Shown here in pieces: positions 35,749 through 44,501 of a DNA stretch of 64,000 nucleotides (position 1 is its first letter; every line of letters starts with the position of its first letter). The notes beneath the pieces are model-generated. The model saw nothing but the letters and a program-made list of their open reading frames with translations. It was not told where the DNA came from and searched no databases. This DNA comes from an uncultured Actinomycetes bacterium. GTDB lineage: Bacteria > Actinomycetota > Thermoleophilia > Gaiellales > JAICJC01. The position numbers were made by a program, and so were the translations under genes. The stretch covers positions 76,469 to 140,468 of the forward strand of contig CAWEIS010000028.1 in the NCBI GenBank assembly GCA_963809205.1, given 5' to 3'.

Positions 35749-36825
35749 TTACGATTCGTGTTGGGCTGTGTCTGCTGCCTTGGCGAGGCGTGTGAGGTGG
35801 GTGAAGAACTCTGGTGATTGTCCGATGAACAGGCCGTCGGCGGTGAGGGCGTTGACGGCGCCGGTGGCGGCGTTGTGGGTCTCGGTGGGGCGGATGATTG
35901 AGACGACTGGGAACTTGCGGTCGAGGAAGTTCGTCGGTTCGGGCATGATCAGGTTGGTCTGGGTTAGCTCGCCGTCGGCGTTGAGGTCGGGGAAGGTGAG
36001 TCCGGTGGTGGGGTCGGTCAGGGGCGGCGCGTTGCCGGCCTTGTCCTGCCAGGTCTGGAAGTGCATGATCTCGGAGCCGCCGATGCTGAGCAGGATGCGC
36101 AGCACCTCGCGGTCGGTGACCCGTTGGGCGAGCGCGGCGTAGAGGCTGGTGCCGCCTTGCTCGACCCAGGCGAAGTGGAAGCCGGCGGTGTTGGCGATCG
36201 CCTGGAGATGCTTCTTCGGCGATAGGTCGGCATCCGACCGGGGGATGGCCGGGTGCTGGCCGGTGGCGAGGTCGGGAACGGCTTGTGGCAGCGTGTCGCC
36301 GAGGTCGGTGTTCTGCGAGTCGCTGCGGTAGCGCGTCCAGAAGCTGGTGTTGACGGTCAGCTGCATCAGGTTGGTCAGCCGTCCGATCTGCTGGGCTCCG
36401 GTCGCCGTGCTGCTGGGCAGGGTGCGGAACTTGTCCAGGTTGACGGTCTGCGCGCCGTGCGCCTGCAGGTAGGCGTTGATGAAGGTGAAGTGGCTGATCT
36501 CGTCGTCGGTGTTGTCGTGGATGTACTGGTTCATGTCCTCGTCCAGCACCGCCACCGCCGCGGTGTAGGCGGGGTTCCCGCTGCCGCCGGGAACCTCGCT
36601 GTCCTGGATGCCGGCCAGCTCGTTGTACTGCTGCCAGAGATCCGTCTCGAGGATCTCGGCCGCAGCCAGGAAGCGGAGAATCGCGGCGTCACCGCTGGTC
36701 AGGCCGCCACCGGCATCTGCCGCCGAGGCGTCGGCCAACAGCCCCGCGCCGACGACTCCCGCGCCGACCGCCGCTCCCTTCAGCAAGAACGATCGCCGAT
36801 TGCTCGATGCTGCCGTGAGTCCCAT
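35749..36825 (-). CDS. Tat-exported ferritin-like-domain protein
   Basis: GAAGGAGG + ATG at 36825. Twin-arginine signal 'SSNRRSFLLKGAAVGAG'. 'DAAILRFLAAAEILETDLWQQY...DDEISHFTFINAYL' and a second 'REVLRILLSIGGSEIMHFQTW' half match a ferritin-like four-helix pattern. Confidence 0.8.
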   Translation of the reverse strand: MGLTAASSNRRSFLLKGAAVGAGVVGAGLLADASAADAGGGLTSGDAAILRFLAAAEILETDLWQQYNELAGIQDSEVPGGSGNPAYTAAVAVLDEDMNQYIHDNTDDEISHFTFINAYLQAHGAQTVNLDKFRTLPSSTATGAQQIGRLTNLMQLTVNTSFWTRYRSDSQNTDLGDTLPQAVPDLATGQHPAIPRSDADLSPKKHLQAIANTAGFHFAWVEQGGTSLYAALAQRVTDREVLRILLSIGGSEIMHFQTWQDKAGNAPPLTDPTTGLTFPDLNADGELTQTNLIMPEPTNFLDRKFPVVSIIRPTETHNAATGAVNALTADGLFIGQSPEFFTHLTRLAKAADTAQHES

Positions 36826-37361
36826 GACCCCTCCTTCAAGACGGACGCCGATACGCCGTGATACGCGACGCCCAGCACCAGCGGTTTCCCCAAGTGTCGG
36901 CTCGATCACCAACCATCCGGCTCGACCGGCAGACGATGGCCGGCGACGCGTGCTCACCGCTCACCGGCTGAGCACCCGCCAACCCTCACCCGATCCGCGC
37001 CACCGCGCCACCCGAGGCACCCAGGGACCGCCCGCCAGAGCCCTGGCAGAGAGACTCGCGGCATCCTGCTCGGCTGAAGCGGCACCAGCTCCCCCCTCAC
37101 AGCGAAGTTGCCAAGGTGCGGCGATTCCCTCCAAGTCTGCGTTGTTCCGGCGCTGCCGTTGATCAGGCTGTGTCCGCCCGGCGGGCGATGCTCCCCTTCG
37201 CCGCGTAACGTTCTCGGAACGGCCGTGCTGGAGAATGTCCTTGTGGCAACGACGGCGGTCGATGCGTGCGTGGATCCGGAGGGAGCGGTGAGAGTGGAAC
37301 GGATGAATGGTGCCATCGCACGGCTACGCCACGCTCTGGCTCGGCCGGGCAGAGGCGCGCG

Positions 37362-38612
37362 ATGAGCGCGCGCTCGAAGCGATGGATCGCCTGGGCTGCG
37401 TTTGCCATGGCGTTCGCGCTCTGGGTGAACTCCGGCGTGCTTGGCTGGTTGACGCGAAGCGCCCACATCAACAACGGCTGGGGCGAGAGCAGCGACGCGG
37501 TCGAACTCGCATTCGCACTGATCCTGGCGACCTTCCCGGTGGTGGGGTTGCTGATCGCGCTTCGCCGCCCGGAGACGCCGATCGGGTGGCTGTTGCTGGC
37601 GATCGGCATCTTCTGGGGCATCGCGGGCATGACCAGCTACGCCGACTACGGGATCGTTGTCCATCCTGGATCGCTCCCCGGCACAGCTCTGGTGGCGTCG
37701 ATCGCGGCCGACATGTGGGCTCCGCCGATCGGGCTGATGGGGACGTTCCTGCTGTTGGTGTTTCCCGACGGTCGGCTTCCTGGGCCACGGTGGCGCTGGG
37801 TGGCGTATCTGAGCGCGTTCGCAATTGCCGGCTCGACCGTGGTGCTCCTGGTCTCGCCCGGCACGATGGGCGACAACGGCTACCCCGACACCATCAACCC
37901 GCTCGGGATCGAGGCCCTCGACGGCGTGATCGGGTTCGCTCAGACCATCATCCTCCTGCTGCCAGTGATGATGGCCGCGTCCGCGGCCAGCCTGGTCGTC
38001 CGCTTCCGCCGCTCACACGGCGTTGAGCGCCAGCAGATCAAATGGCTGGCCGCCGCGGCCGCAGCCGTCGCGGCGACCTACCTCGTCGCCATGGCAGCAT
38101 CGCTGCTCACCCCAGCCGCGGTGAGCGGATCCAGGTGGGTGTCGGCCTTGCAGAATCTCGCGCTACTCAGCTTCGGCCTGATCCCGGTCGCGATCGGGAT
38201 CGCGGTGCTCCGCTACCGCCTATACGAGATCGACGTGATCATCCGAAAAACACTCGTCTACACGGTGCTGATCGGCGCACTGGCGCTCGTCTACCTTGGT
38301 GGCATCTCACTGATCGGCTGGACGCTACGCAACGTCGCAGGGCAGTCCAGCACGCTCGCCATAACGCTCTCCACACTCGCGGTAGCCGCGGCCTTCCAAC
38401 CACTACGCCACCGCATCCAGCAAGCCGTCGACCGACGCTTCTACCGCCAAACCTACGACGCCCAACGCACTCTCGACGCCTTCAACGGACGACTCCGCGA
38501 GCACATCGACCTCGACTCACTGCAAAACGAGGTACTCGACGTCGCCCGCGAGACGCTCCAACCAGGCCACGCGACACTCTGGCTCCGGCCGCCCACAACG
38601 AGAACCCCCTAA
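37362..38612 (+). CDS. Polytopic membrane protein resembling the sensor half of actinobacterial histidine kinases, with no kinase domain
   Basis: About 9 hydrophobic helices, 'LRYRLYEIDVIIRKTLVY', then a cytoplasmic tail 'VDRRFYRQTYDAQRTLDAF'. No H-box and no ATPase motifs. Confidence 0.75.
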   Translation: MSARSKRWIAWAAFAMAFALWVNSGVLGWLTRSAHINNGWGESSDAVELAFALILATFPVVGLLIALRRPETPIGWLLLAIGIFWGIAGMTSYADYGIVVHPGSLPGTALVASIAADMWAPPIGLMGTFLLLVFPDGRLPGPRWRWVAYLSAFAIAGSTVVLLVSPGTMGDNGYPDTINPLGIEALDGVIGFAQTIILLLPVMMAASAASLVVRFRRSHGVERQQIKWLAAAAAAVAATYLVAMAASLLTPAAVSGSRWVSALQNLALLSFGLIPVAIGIAVLRYRLYEIDVIIRKTLVYTVLIGALALVYLGGISLIGWTLRNVAGQSSTLAITLSTLAVAAAFQPLRHRIQQAVDRRFYRQTYDAQRTLDAFNGRLREHIDLDSLQNEVLDVARETLQPGHATLWLRPPTTRTP

Positions 38613-38777
38613 CAGCGGCGCATGTTCCTGCTGGCTCCGGGTCCCCTCGGATGCCCGTTTCGAATGGCAGCCTGTGGGAACGAGTAAACCCGTCGGGGGA
38701 GGCACCGTGCGGACGCCGCGGCTCCAGATCGGCGCCCGCACAGTGCCAGTCGAGCCCTTGCCGCGTGTCACCAGCAC

Positions 38778-39065
38778 ATGCTCATTTATCACCGGACACA
38801 CGCCGCCGAAGCCATCTTCTGCGACGGCTTCCGCGACACCACCGGCCGCCACTTGACCACGGACGAATGCCCCGGCGTTTGGGTATCTGACCGGCCACTC
38901 GACACCAACCACGGCGCGACCGGCGACGCGCTACTCGGCCTCGTGATCCCCGACGCCGTCTTCGCCGCCTACGAGCGGGTTCAGCACGCAACGCCGTACA
39001 GGGAAGCGCTGATACCCGCCAGCGAGCTGAACAAGCACCGCGACACGCTTCGTATTCTCCATTAG
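38778..39065 (+). CDS. Hypothetical 95-aa protein
   Basis: Very high GC3 throughout. 'MLIYHRTHAAEAIFCDGFRDTTG...GVWVSDRPLD...'. No SD, so possibly leaderless. Confidence 0.6.
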   Translation: MLIYHRTHAAEAIFCDGFRDTTGRHLTTDECPGVWVSDRPLDTNHGATGDALLGLVIPDAVFAAYERVQHATPYREALIPASELNKHRDTLRILH

Positions 39066-39101
39066 CGGAGTGCCGCTTTGCGAGCCCGCTACGAACGTGT
39101 G

Positions 39102-39245
39102 ATGCGGTATGCGGACGGATTCTACATGTACAACCTTCGTGTTGACGTTGCCAAGCTGAACACCGACTACACGGTCGTGGTGTATCCCTACGGCACCACC
39201 AACTCCGGCCAGACGCTTCGGCATGTGATCCAGGCGACCAAGTAA
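39102..39245 (+). CDS. Possible 47-aa ORF directly downstream of 38778..39065
   Basis: 'MRYADGFYMYNLRVDVAKLNTDYTVVVYPYGTTNSGQTLRHVIQATK*', about 75% GC3. Alternative TTG/GTG starts at 39078 and 39099. Confidence 0.35.
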   Translation: MRYADGFYMYNLRVDVAKLNTDYTVVVYPYGTTNSGQTLRHVIQATK

Positions 39246-39252
39246 CGGGGAA

Positions 39253-39283
39253 GCGCCGCGCTGAACCCCACCGGGCGCGGTGC
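39253..39283. terminator. Hairpin between convergent small genes
   Basis: GCGCCGCGC-(13 nt)-GCGCGGTGC, a 9-bp stem with one G-U pair. Confidence 0.4.
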
Positions 39284-39329
39284 GCCTCACCAACCTCGTC
39301 GTTGCGAGCGTCGAGGCCCGCGACACTGT

Positions 39330-39548
39330 CTACCCGTCAGCGTCATCGACGAGGTCGTCGCCGATCCAGTACCGCGTCTCGGCGCTACAGACCGCCGTCC
39401 GCAGCGGCCCATCGCCCTTCCGCAGCAGCCGACCCGACTCGTCCCTCCACACCAGCGGACGCGTCACGGTCAGCCACACCAGGCGGTCACCACCACAGAC
39501 ACATCCCGACACGACGCATGAGTCGATCTCAAACCTGACCTTCGGCAA
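39330..39548 (-). CDS. Small Cys-rich hypothetical protein downstream of the aquaporin gene
   Basis: TTG 39548 lies 6 nt after GGAGGAG. 72 aa with high GC3: 'PKVRFEIDSCVVSGCVCGGDRLVWLTVTRPLVWRDESGRLL'. Confidence 0.5.
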   Translation of the reverse strand: MPKVRFEIDSCVVSGCVCGGDRLVWLTVTRPLVWRDESGRLLRKGDGPLRTAVCSAETRYWIGDDLVDDADG

Positions 39549-39594
39549 CGTGCGCTCCTCCCCTGCACAGGCTACCGACCATGGTGGACGGTGC

Positions 39595-40368
39595 TCACCC
39601 GACTATGTCTGGTCGGGGTGTTGCACCTCGGTGTACAGCGCCGCCCTGCGCGGCGCCCGATCCGGCCGCGCCGCCGCCGCGCCCTCGCAGGACGAACGCG
39701 GCACCCACCGCCACGCACGCGCCGATCAGCGGGCCGGCGACGTACACCCAGTAGCTGGTGAAGTCTCCGCCCACCAGGTCGGGCCCGAAGGTGCGGGCGG
39801 GGTTCATCGACGCGCCGGAGATCGGGCTGCCCCAGAGCCCGGCGAGGGCGATGTAGGCGCCCACCCCGAGCGCGCCGATCACGCCCAGGTTCTGCGCGCC
39901 GGACGCGGTGCCCAGGATCACGCTGACCAGGCCGAACGTCAGCACGGCCTCCATCAACAGCGCGTCGGTGTTGGTGTACCCCGACGCCGGGTAGTTCGAC
40001 CCGAACACCGCCGAGGCGTTGATCACGCTCTGGACGAACCAGGCCGCCAGCGCCGCGCCGACCAGCTGGGCGACGATGTAACCCGGGACCCGCCGCCACG
40101 GAAAGTCGCCGCGCAGAGAGAAGGCGACGCTGACCGCCGGGTTCAGATGCGCACCGGACACCTTGCCCATGAACAGGATGACGCCGAGCACCATCAGGCC
40201 GGGCGCCGTCACCGCAGCGGTGCGGCTGATCGTGTTCGGGAACGCTTGCCCCATGACGCCGCCGCCACAGGCGACCAACACCAGGAAGAAGGTGCCCAGC
40301 AGCTCCGAGAACAGGCGCCGCCACTCCTGCGACGGATCCTGGAAGTCCTGCATCGGGCCGATCGACAT
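39595..40368 (-). CDS. MIP-family channel (aquaporin / glycerol-facilitator-like)
   Basis: Two NPA boxes ('HLNPAVSVAF', 'SMNPARTFGP') and six hydrophobic helices. 257 aa. Confidence 0.9.
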   Translation of the reverse strand: MSIGPMQDFQDPSQEWRRLFSELLGTFFLVLVACGGGVMGQAFPNTISRTAAVTAPGLMVLGVILFMGKVSGAHLNPAVSVAFSLRGDFPWRRVPGYIVAQLVGAALAAWFVQSVINASAVFGSNYPASGYTNTDALLMEAVLTFGLVSVILGTASGAQNLGVIGALGVGAYIALAGLWGSPISGASMNPARTFGPDLVGGDFTSYWVYVAGPLIGACVAVGAAFVLRGRGGGAAGSGAAQGGAVHRGATPRPDIVG

Positions 40369-40735
40369 CCCGCTGCCAGATCGACTCCATCAGTGCGCTG
40401 GGATGCCAGGACTGGTCGGGCTGGTCACTCATCTCGTCACCTCCGTTGACTTCGGCGGCAAGCATACGTCGCGTGGCCGGGCGACGCTGAAGGCGGTGAC
40501 CAGGCCTGGATGGGGTATACAGACCGGCCACTCGCCTCCCCAGAGAAGTCGAGACCGTGTACTCGACCCCAGGAACGCTCCGGCGCCGTCCCGTTGTGAG
40601 ATGGGTAGAGGGTGGATGCCGAGTGCACGGCACGCGCCCTTCTCCGGTCCGTCGCAGAACTGCTCCCGACCGTCGTTCGGACGGCCCGGTCGATCGGTTC
40701 ATATGCCGCGACGGGGGCGCCGGCGGGATCGATCA

Positions 40736-40924
40736 CTACCCTGACGCCGCCCGGCGGACGTCCCGCCAGGCGCCCTCGACGCGACGCACCGTGCGGCAGC
40801 GGTAGCACTGCGTCCGCACGACGATCATGTCCCCCAGCCGTGCTCGTACGCGCACCCAGTCGTGGCCGTCGCGCACACACATCGCCCGGTCCCATACCCG
40901 GGATGCAAGTTGGAGCAGGAGCAT
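40736..40924 (-). CDS. Possible small Zn-ribbon-like ORF
   Basis: GC3-rich '...MCVRDGHDWVRVRARLGDMIVVRTQCYRCRTVRRVEGAW...*'. Start is ATG 40924 or the internal ATG. Confidence 0.35.
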   Translation of the reverse strand: MLLLQLASRVWDRAMCVRDGHDWVRVRARLGDMIVVRTQCYRCRTVRRVEGAWRDVRRAASG

Positions 40925-41203
40925 GAGTCGCAGCCTCTGCCCTCCGCCCGCCGGGCCGAAACATGCATGGGTCCGCGGGGCGGGCGCCTGGGCACGAAGG
41001 CCACCACCCCGCGGAGCTGTACCCGCCGGCGGCGCGCCCCCCGGGGTAGATCCGGGACGCCACCGGCGATCCGTCGAACACCGGTGGCGGTACCCGACTT
41101 GGCCAATCCTCAATCGCCCCTCGAACGGGGGTTGCCGCACACCACCCGTCGTGGCACCTTCCGACTACCCCGTTCGGCTCCAACCCGAAACAGATCCCCG
41201 ACC

Positions 41204-41371
41204 ATGCCACAGGCCATCAACCGGCACGACGCCCATGCTCTCGCGCTGATCGACCGCGCGCTGCGGGACGGCGGCTTCACCGCGGAGTGCGTCGCCCAGA
41301 TCCATCGCGCGTTCGAGGCCGCGCGCAGCGCCGAGCGCCGCTCGCCGACCGTACAGACCTCGGCCGCCTAG
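41204..41371 (+). CDS. Possible 55-aa ORF upstream of the NodB gene
   Basis: 'MPQAINRHDAHALALIDRALRDGGFTAECVAQIHRAFEAARSAERR...' has very high GC3 only from this ATG onward. Confidence 0.4.
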   Translation: MPQAINRHDAHALALIDRALRDGGFTAECVAQIHRAFEAARSAERRSPTVQTSAA

Positions 41372-41405
41372 CGATCCCACCTGGCTGGTACAGTCGCCCG
41401 CGCGG

Positions 41406-42215
41406 ATGCTGACGCGCGCTGCACTCACCCGGCGATCCGTGCTGCTCGGCGGCGCCGGCGCGGCCGCCGCCATGGCCGCCGGCTGTGGGGTCAGCACGCA
41501 CGCCGCCCAGTCGCGGCCGCGGGTGCCGACGGTCGCCCTCTCATGGGACGGCGGCTGGCAGACCGTCCACTCCACCGCCCTGCCGATCCTGCAGGCACAC
41601 GGCATGGTCGCAACCGTCTACGTGACCACCTGGTTCGTGTCGCGGCTGGCCACGCCGCTGGTGCCGGAGCCCGCGCTGACCTGGGATCAGGTGGGCGACC
41701 TGGCCGACGCCGGCTGGGAGATCTCGAACCACACGCGCACGCACCCGCGCCTGAGCGACGTCACGGCCACAAGGCTCGACCACGAGGTGCTCGGCGCCAA
41801 GCAGGACCTGGTCGACCGCGGGTTCGCCGCACCCGGGTTCGCGTACCCGTTCTCGCACGAGGATCCGCGCGCCGCGGCCGTGGTGGCCGCGAACCACTGG
41901 TACGCCCGGGGCGGGCACCAGCACGGCGATTCCATCCCGCCGATCCACGACCCTGGCCTGCTCTACCTGCTGCCGATCTCGAACATGGCGAACCTCACCG
42001 CGTCACAGCTGATCGAGCAGACGCGCACGAGCTGCCTCGACGCGGGCCGCGACCTGGCCTGGCTGGCGCACATCGTCGGGCCGCCCGTGAAGAATCTGGC
42101 GGTGCCCGAGGACGCGCTCCGCGGCTACGCCGCCTGGCTCGAGCAACAGCGCGACGCGGGTCGGCTCCAGCTGGGCACGGTCGAGCAGCTCGTCCGCCGC
42201 AACGTCCTCGCCTGA
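41406..42215 (+). CDS. Tat/lipoprotein-signal polysaccharide deacetylase (NodB family)
   Basis: 'LTRRSVLLGGAGAAAAMAAGCG' signal, then 'VALSWDGGWQTVHSTALPILQAHGMVATVYV...WEISNHTRTHPRL'. Confidence 0.85.
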   Translation: MLTRAALTRRSVLLGGAGAAAAMAAGCGVSTHAAQSRPRVPTVALSWDGGWQTVHSTALPILQAHGMVATVYVTTWFVSRLATPLVPEPALTWDQVGDLADAGWEISNHTRTHPRLSDVTATRLDHEVLGAKQDLVDRGFAAPGFAYPFSHEDPRAAAVVAANHWYARGGHQHGDSIPPIHDPGLLYLLPISNMANLTASQLIEQTRTSCLDAGRDLAWLAHIVGPPVKNLAVPEDALRGYAAWLEQQRDAGRLQLGTVEQLVRRNVLA

Positions 42216-42364
42216 CCGGCTCAGCGCGCCGCGCGTAGACGCCAGGTTGGCGACGTCGACCATCCCCCTCGGCGTCGATCGAGCACGACCCGCACCTGCG
42301 CGACGTCGCGCAGGTCGAGCCGAACATCACCAGCGGCCACGTCCGCCAAGCGTGCGGCGGGTTG

Positions 42365-43090
42365 TCAGCCGGCGAGCTGCTCGAAGTGGCGGCTCGCCTC
42401 CTCGGCGGTCGGCGGCGCCCGGAGGTCGGCGACGAGCTTGTCCGCATCCGGCATGCCGCCGGCGAGGATCTGCGCGCAGGCGGCGTCCAGGTCATAGTCC
42501 GTGCACCGCAGCGAGACGACCGGGCCGAGCATCGCCCAGCGTGCGCCCGGAGTGCCCTCGTACGGCATCCCCACGCTCCCCGCGTTCACGATCCGCGCGC
42601 CGGCCACCCGGCGGTCGAACTGCACGTGCGTGTGACCACAGACGATGAGGTCGGCATCCACCCCTTCCAGCATCGGTCGCAGCCGCGCCTCCGGCGTCAG
42701 GCGAGTGATGATCTCCTCGTCGCTGCGCGGCGACCCGTGACAGAACAGCGTGCGGCCGAGGCCCTCGACATCGAGCACCAGCCGGAGCGGCGCCGCCGTC
42801 AGGAGCTCGCGGTGGGCGGCGGTCAACGACGCCGCCGCCCAGCGGGCGCGGCACGCCCAGATATCGTCCCCCGACGGCGGCTCGACCAGCTCACGGTCGG
42901 CGTTGCCGCGGATGTAGCGCGCCCCGCAGCCGAGCGCGATCAGCCGGTCGAGGGTCGCCGCGGGCATCGGGCCGGCCGCCGAGTCACCGCCGACCAGCAC
43001 CACGTCGGGCTCCTCCTCCGCGATCTGCTCGAGCACCGCGTCCAGGGCGGGCGCGTTCCCGTGGATGTCGTAGATCGCCGCGACACGCAC
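42365..43090 (-). CDS. Cytoplasmic metallophosphoesterase (YfcE/MPP-type)
   Basis: 'MRVAAIYDIHGN', 'VLVGGDS', 'IRGNADRE', 'LFCHGSP', 'IVCGHTHVQF', 'VNAGSVG'. Confidence 0.85.
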   Translation of the reverse strand: MRVAAIYDIHGNAPALDAVLEQIAEEEPDVVLVGGDSAAGPMPAATLDRLIALGCGARYIRGNADRELVEPPSGDDIWACRARWAAASLTAAHRELLTAAPLRLVLDVEGLGRTLFCHGSPRSDEEIITRLTPEARLRPMLEGVDADLIVCGHTHVQFDRRVAGARIVNAGSVGMPYEGTPGARWAMLGPVVSLRCTDYDLDAACAQILAGGMPDADKLVADLRAPPTAEEASRHFEQLAG

Positions 43091-43113
43091 CCGTTTAGCC
43101 TATCGGCCGGGGA

Positions 43114-44493
43114 TCACGGTGCGGGTGGGCGAACTACGCCCGCGACGTGCGACAGCCCGATCACAACCCAGACGGCACCGGCGACCACCGGCTTTGTCAC
43201 CAGATTCGAGTCCGCACTCGCGAGCATGTAGACGACCGAGACGCCGACTCCTCCCACCGACACGGCCGTCAGCAAGCCGCGCGGCCTGTAGCGGAGCGTC
43301 CGCCGCAGCGCCTTGACGGCGCCGATGAACCCGCTCAGGAGCAGCGCTACGAATGCTCCGAATCCGAGCAACCCGGTTTCGACGGCCGTCCGCACGTAGT
43401 CGCTGTGCGTGAGCCTGCCGGCGGTCACCCCGATCGAGCCCCAGCCGTGGCCGATCACCGGCTCCTGGTTGACCTTCGGCAGATTCTGCCGCCAGAGACC
43501 GACCCGGCTGACGAACGTGTTGCCACTGTCCTGCGCCGTCTGCTCCTGGCTGAGGTCGTTGAACCGGTGCACGGTATTGGGGACGGCCAGCACGAGGGCG
43601 GCCACCACGAGCGGAACGATCAAGAGCAGCGTGCGGTAGCGGATGATCCCAATCACGATCAGCCCGACGATCAACGTGATCCACCCGGTGCGCGTGTAGG
43701 AGCCGACCAGCGCGACGCCGGCGACGCCCGTCCAGGCGAGCAGCGGCGCCCACCAGCGTAGACGTCCGCCGAGCAGGAGGGGGATCGCGGCGCACAGCAG
43801 GACGCCAAGGATGATGCCGAGCTCGTCGGGGCCGGTGAAGCCGCCGGTCGCGCGGTCGAACTGGAACTGGCCGAGCACCGCGCGGCCGCCGCTATTGAAG
43901 GTTTGCCAGATTGCCACGCCGATCACGCCCAGCACCGAGATGAAGAGGGCGCCCAGCACGAGCTGGATGTCGAGGCGGGTCCGACAGACGGTGTAGACGA
44001 GGGCGTACAGCACACCGATCTGGGCGAATCGCGCTACTTCGGACACCCCCAGCCCGAGGTCCGGGGCGTGGACGAGGCTGACGGCCGCCACCGCCGTCAG
44101 CGCGATGAACGGCCAGACCGACGGGGCTCGGCACACCTCACGCCAGTTCTCGATGAGGTAGGCGCCTCCGACGACCAGGAGCATGATCGTGATCCCGGTC
44201 GACAGGTTGTACTTCAACCCGCCGACGGTCACGAGCCTGCCGTCCGCCCACAGGTCGGCGCTCTGGAAGATCAGCAGCACGCCGACCAACCCGGAGACCG
44301 GGCGCACGACGAACAGTGCGATCAGCCCGATCAGGAGCGCCGTCGCCGCGTACGCGGCGAAGCGGTTCGATGACATGGCGAGCACGAACAGCGCGGCGCT
44401 GTAGCCGATCGCCGCCATCCACGTCAGCGACCGCGGCAGGCGAACGCCCACCGGGACGGCGCCGTGGCGCGGAGGGAGGGCGAGCGTCGACAT
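43114..44493 (-). CDS. O-antigen ligase/polymerase-like (Wzy_C) polytopic membrane protein
   Basis: About 11 helices and a central 'SYTRTGWITLIVGLIVIG' loop region typical of O-antigen-ligase-like proteins. Start at ATG 44493. Confidence 0.75.
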   Translation of the reverse strand: MSTLALPPRHGAVPVGVRLPRSLTWMAAIGYSAALFVLAMSSNRFAAYAATALLIGLIALFVVRPVSGLVGVLLIFQSADLWADGRLVTVGGLKYNLSTGITIMLLVVGGAYLIENWREVCRAPSVWPFIALTAVAAVSLVHAPDLGLGVSEVARFAQIGVLYALVYTVCRTRLDIQLVLGALFISVLGVIGVAIWQTFNSGGRAVLGQFQFDRATGGFTGPDELGIILGVLLCAAIPLLLGGRLRWWAPLLAWTGVAGVALVGSYTRTGWITLIVGLIVIGIIRYRTLLLIVPLVVAALVLAVPNTVHRFNDLSQEQTAQDSGNTFVSRVGLWRQNLPKVNQEPVIGHGWGSIGVTAGRLTHSDYVRTAVETGLLGFGAFVALLLSGFIGAVKALRRTLRYRPRGLLTAVSVGGVGVSVVYMLASADSNLVTKPVVAGAVWVVIGLSHVAGVVRPPAP

Positions 44494-44501
44494 CGGCGAC
44501 C

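Noticed and set aside
37108-37365. An upstream ORF ending in an ATGA overlap with the sensor-like membrane protein gene.
   Set aside because: GC3 is only moderate, there is no SD and no recognisable family. The overlap alone is not enough. It is mentioned in a finding only.
38931-39326. A 131-aa minus-strand ORF.
   Set aside because: It is antisense to two plus-strand ORFs that have much better codon bias, and its product has no protein-like features.
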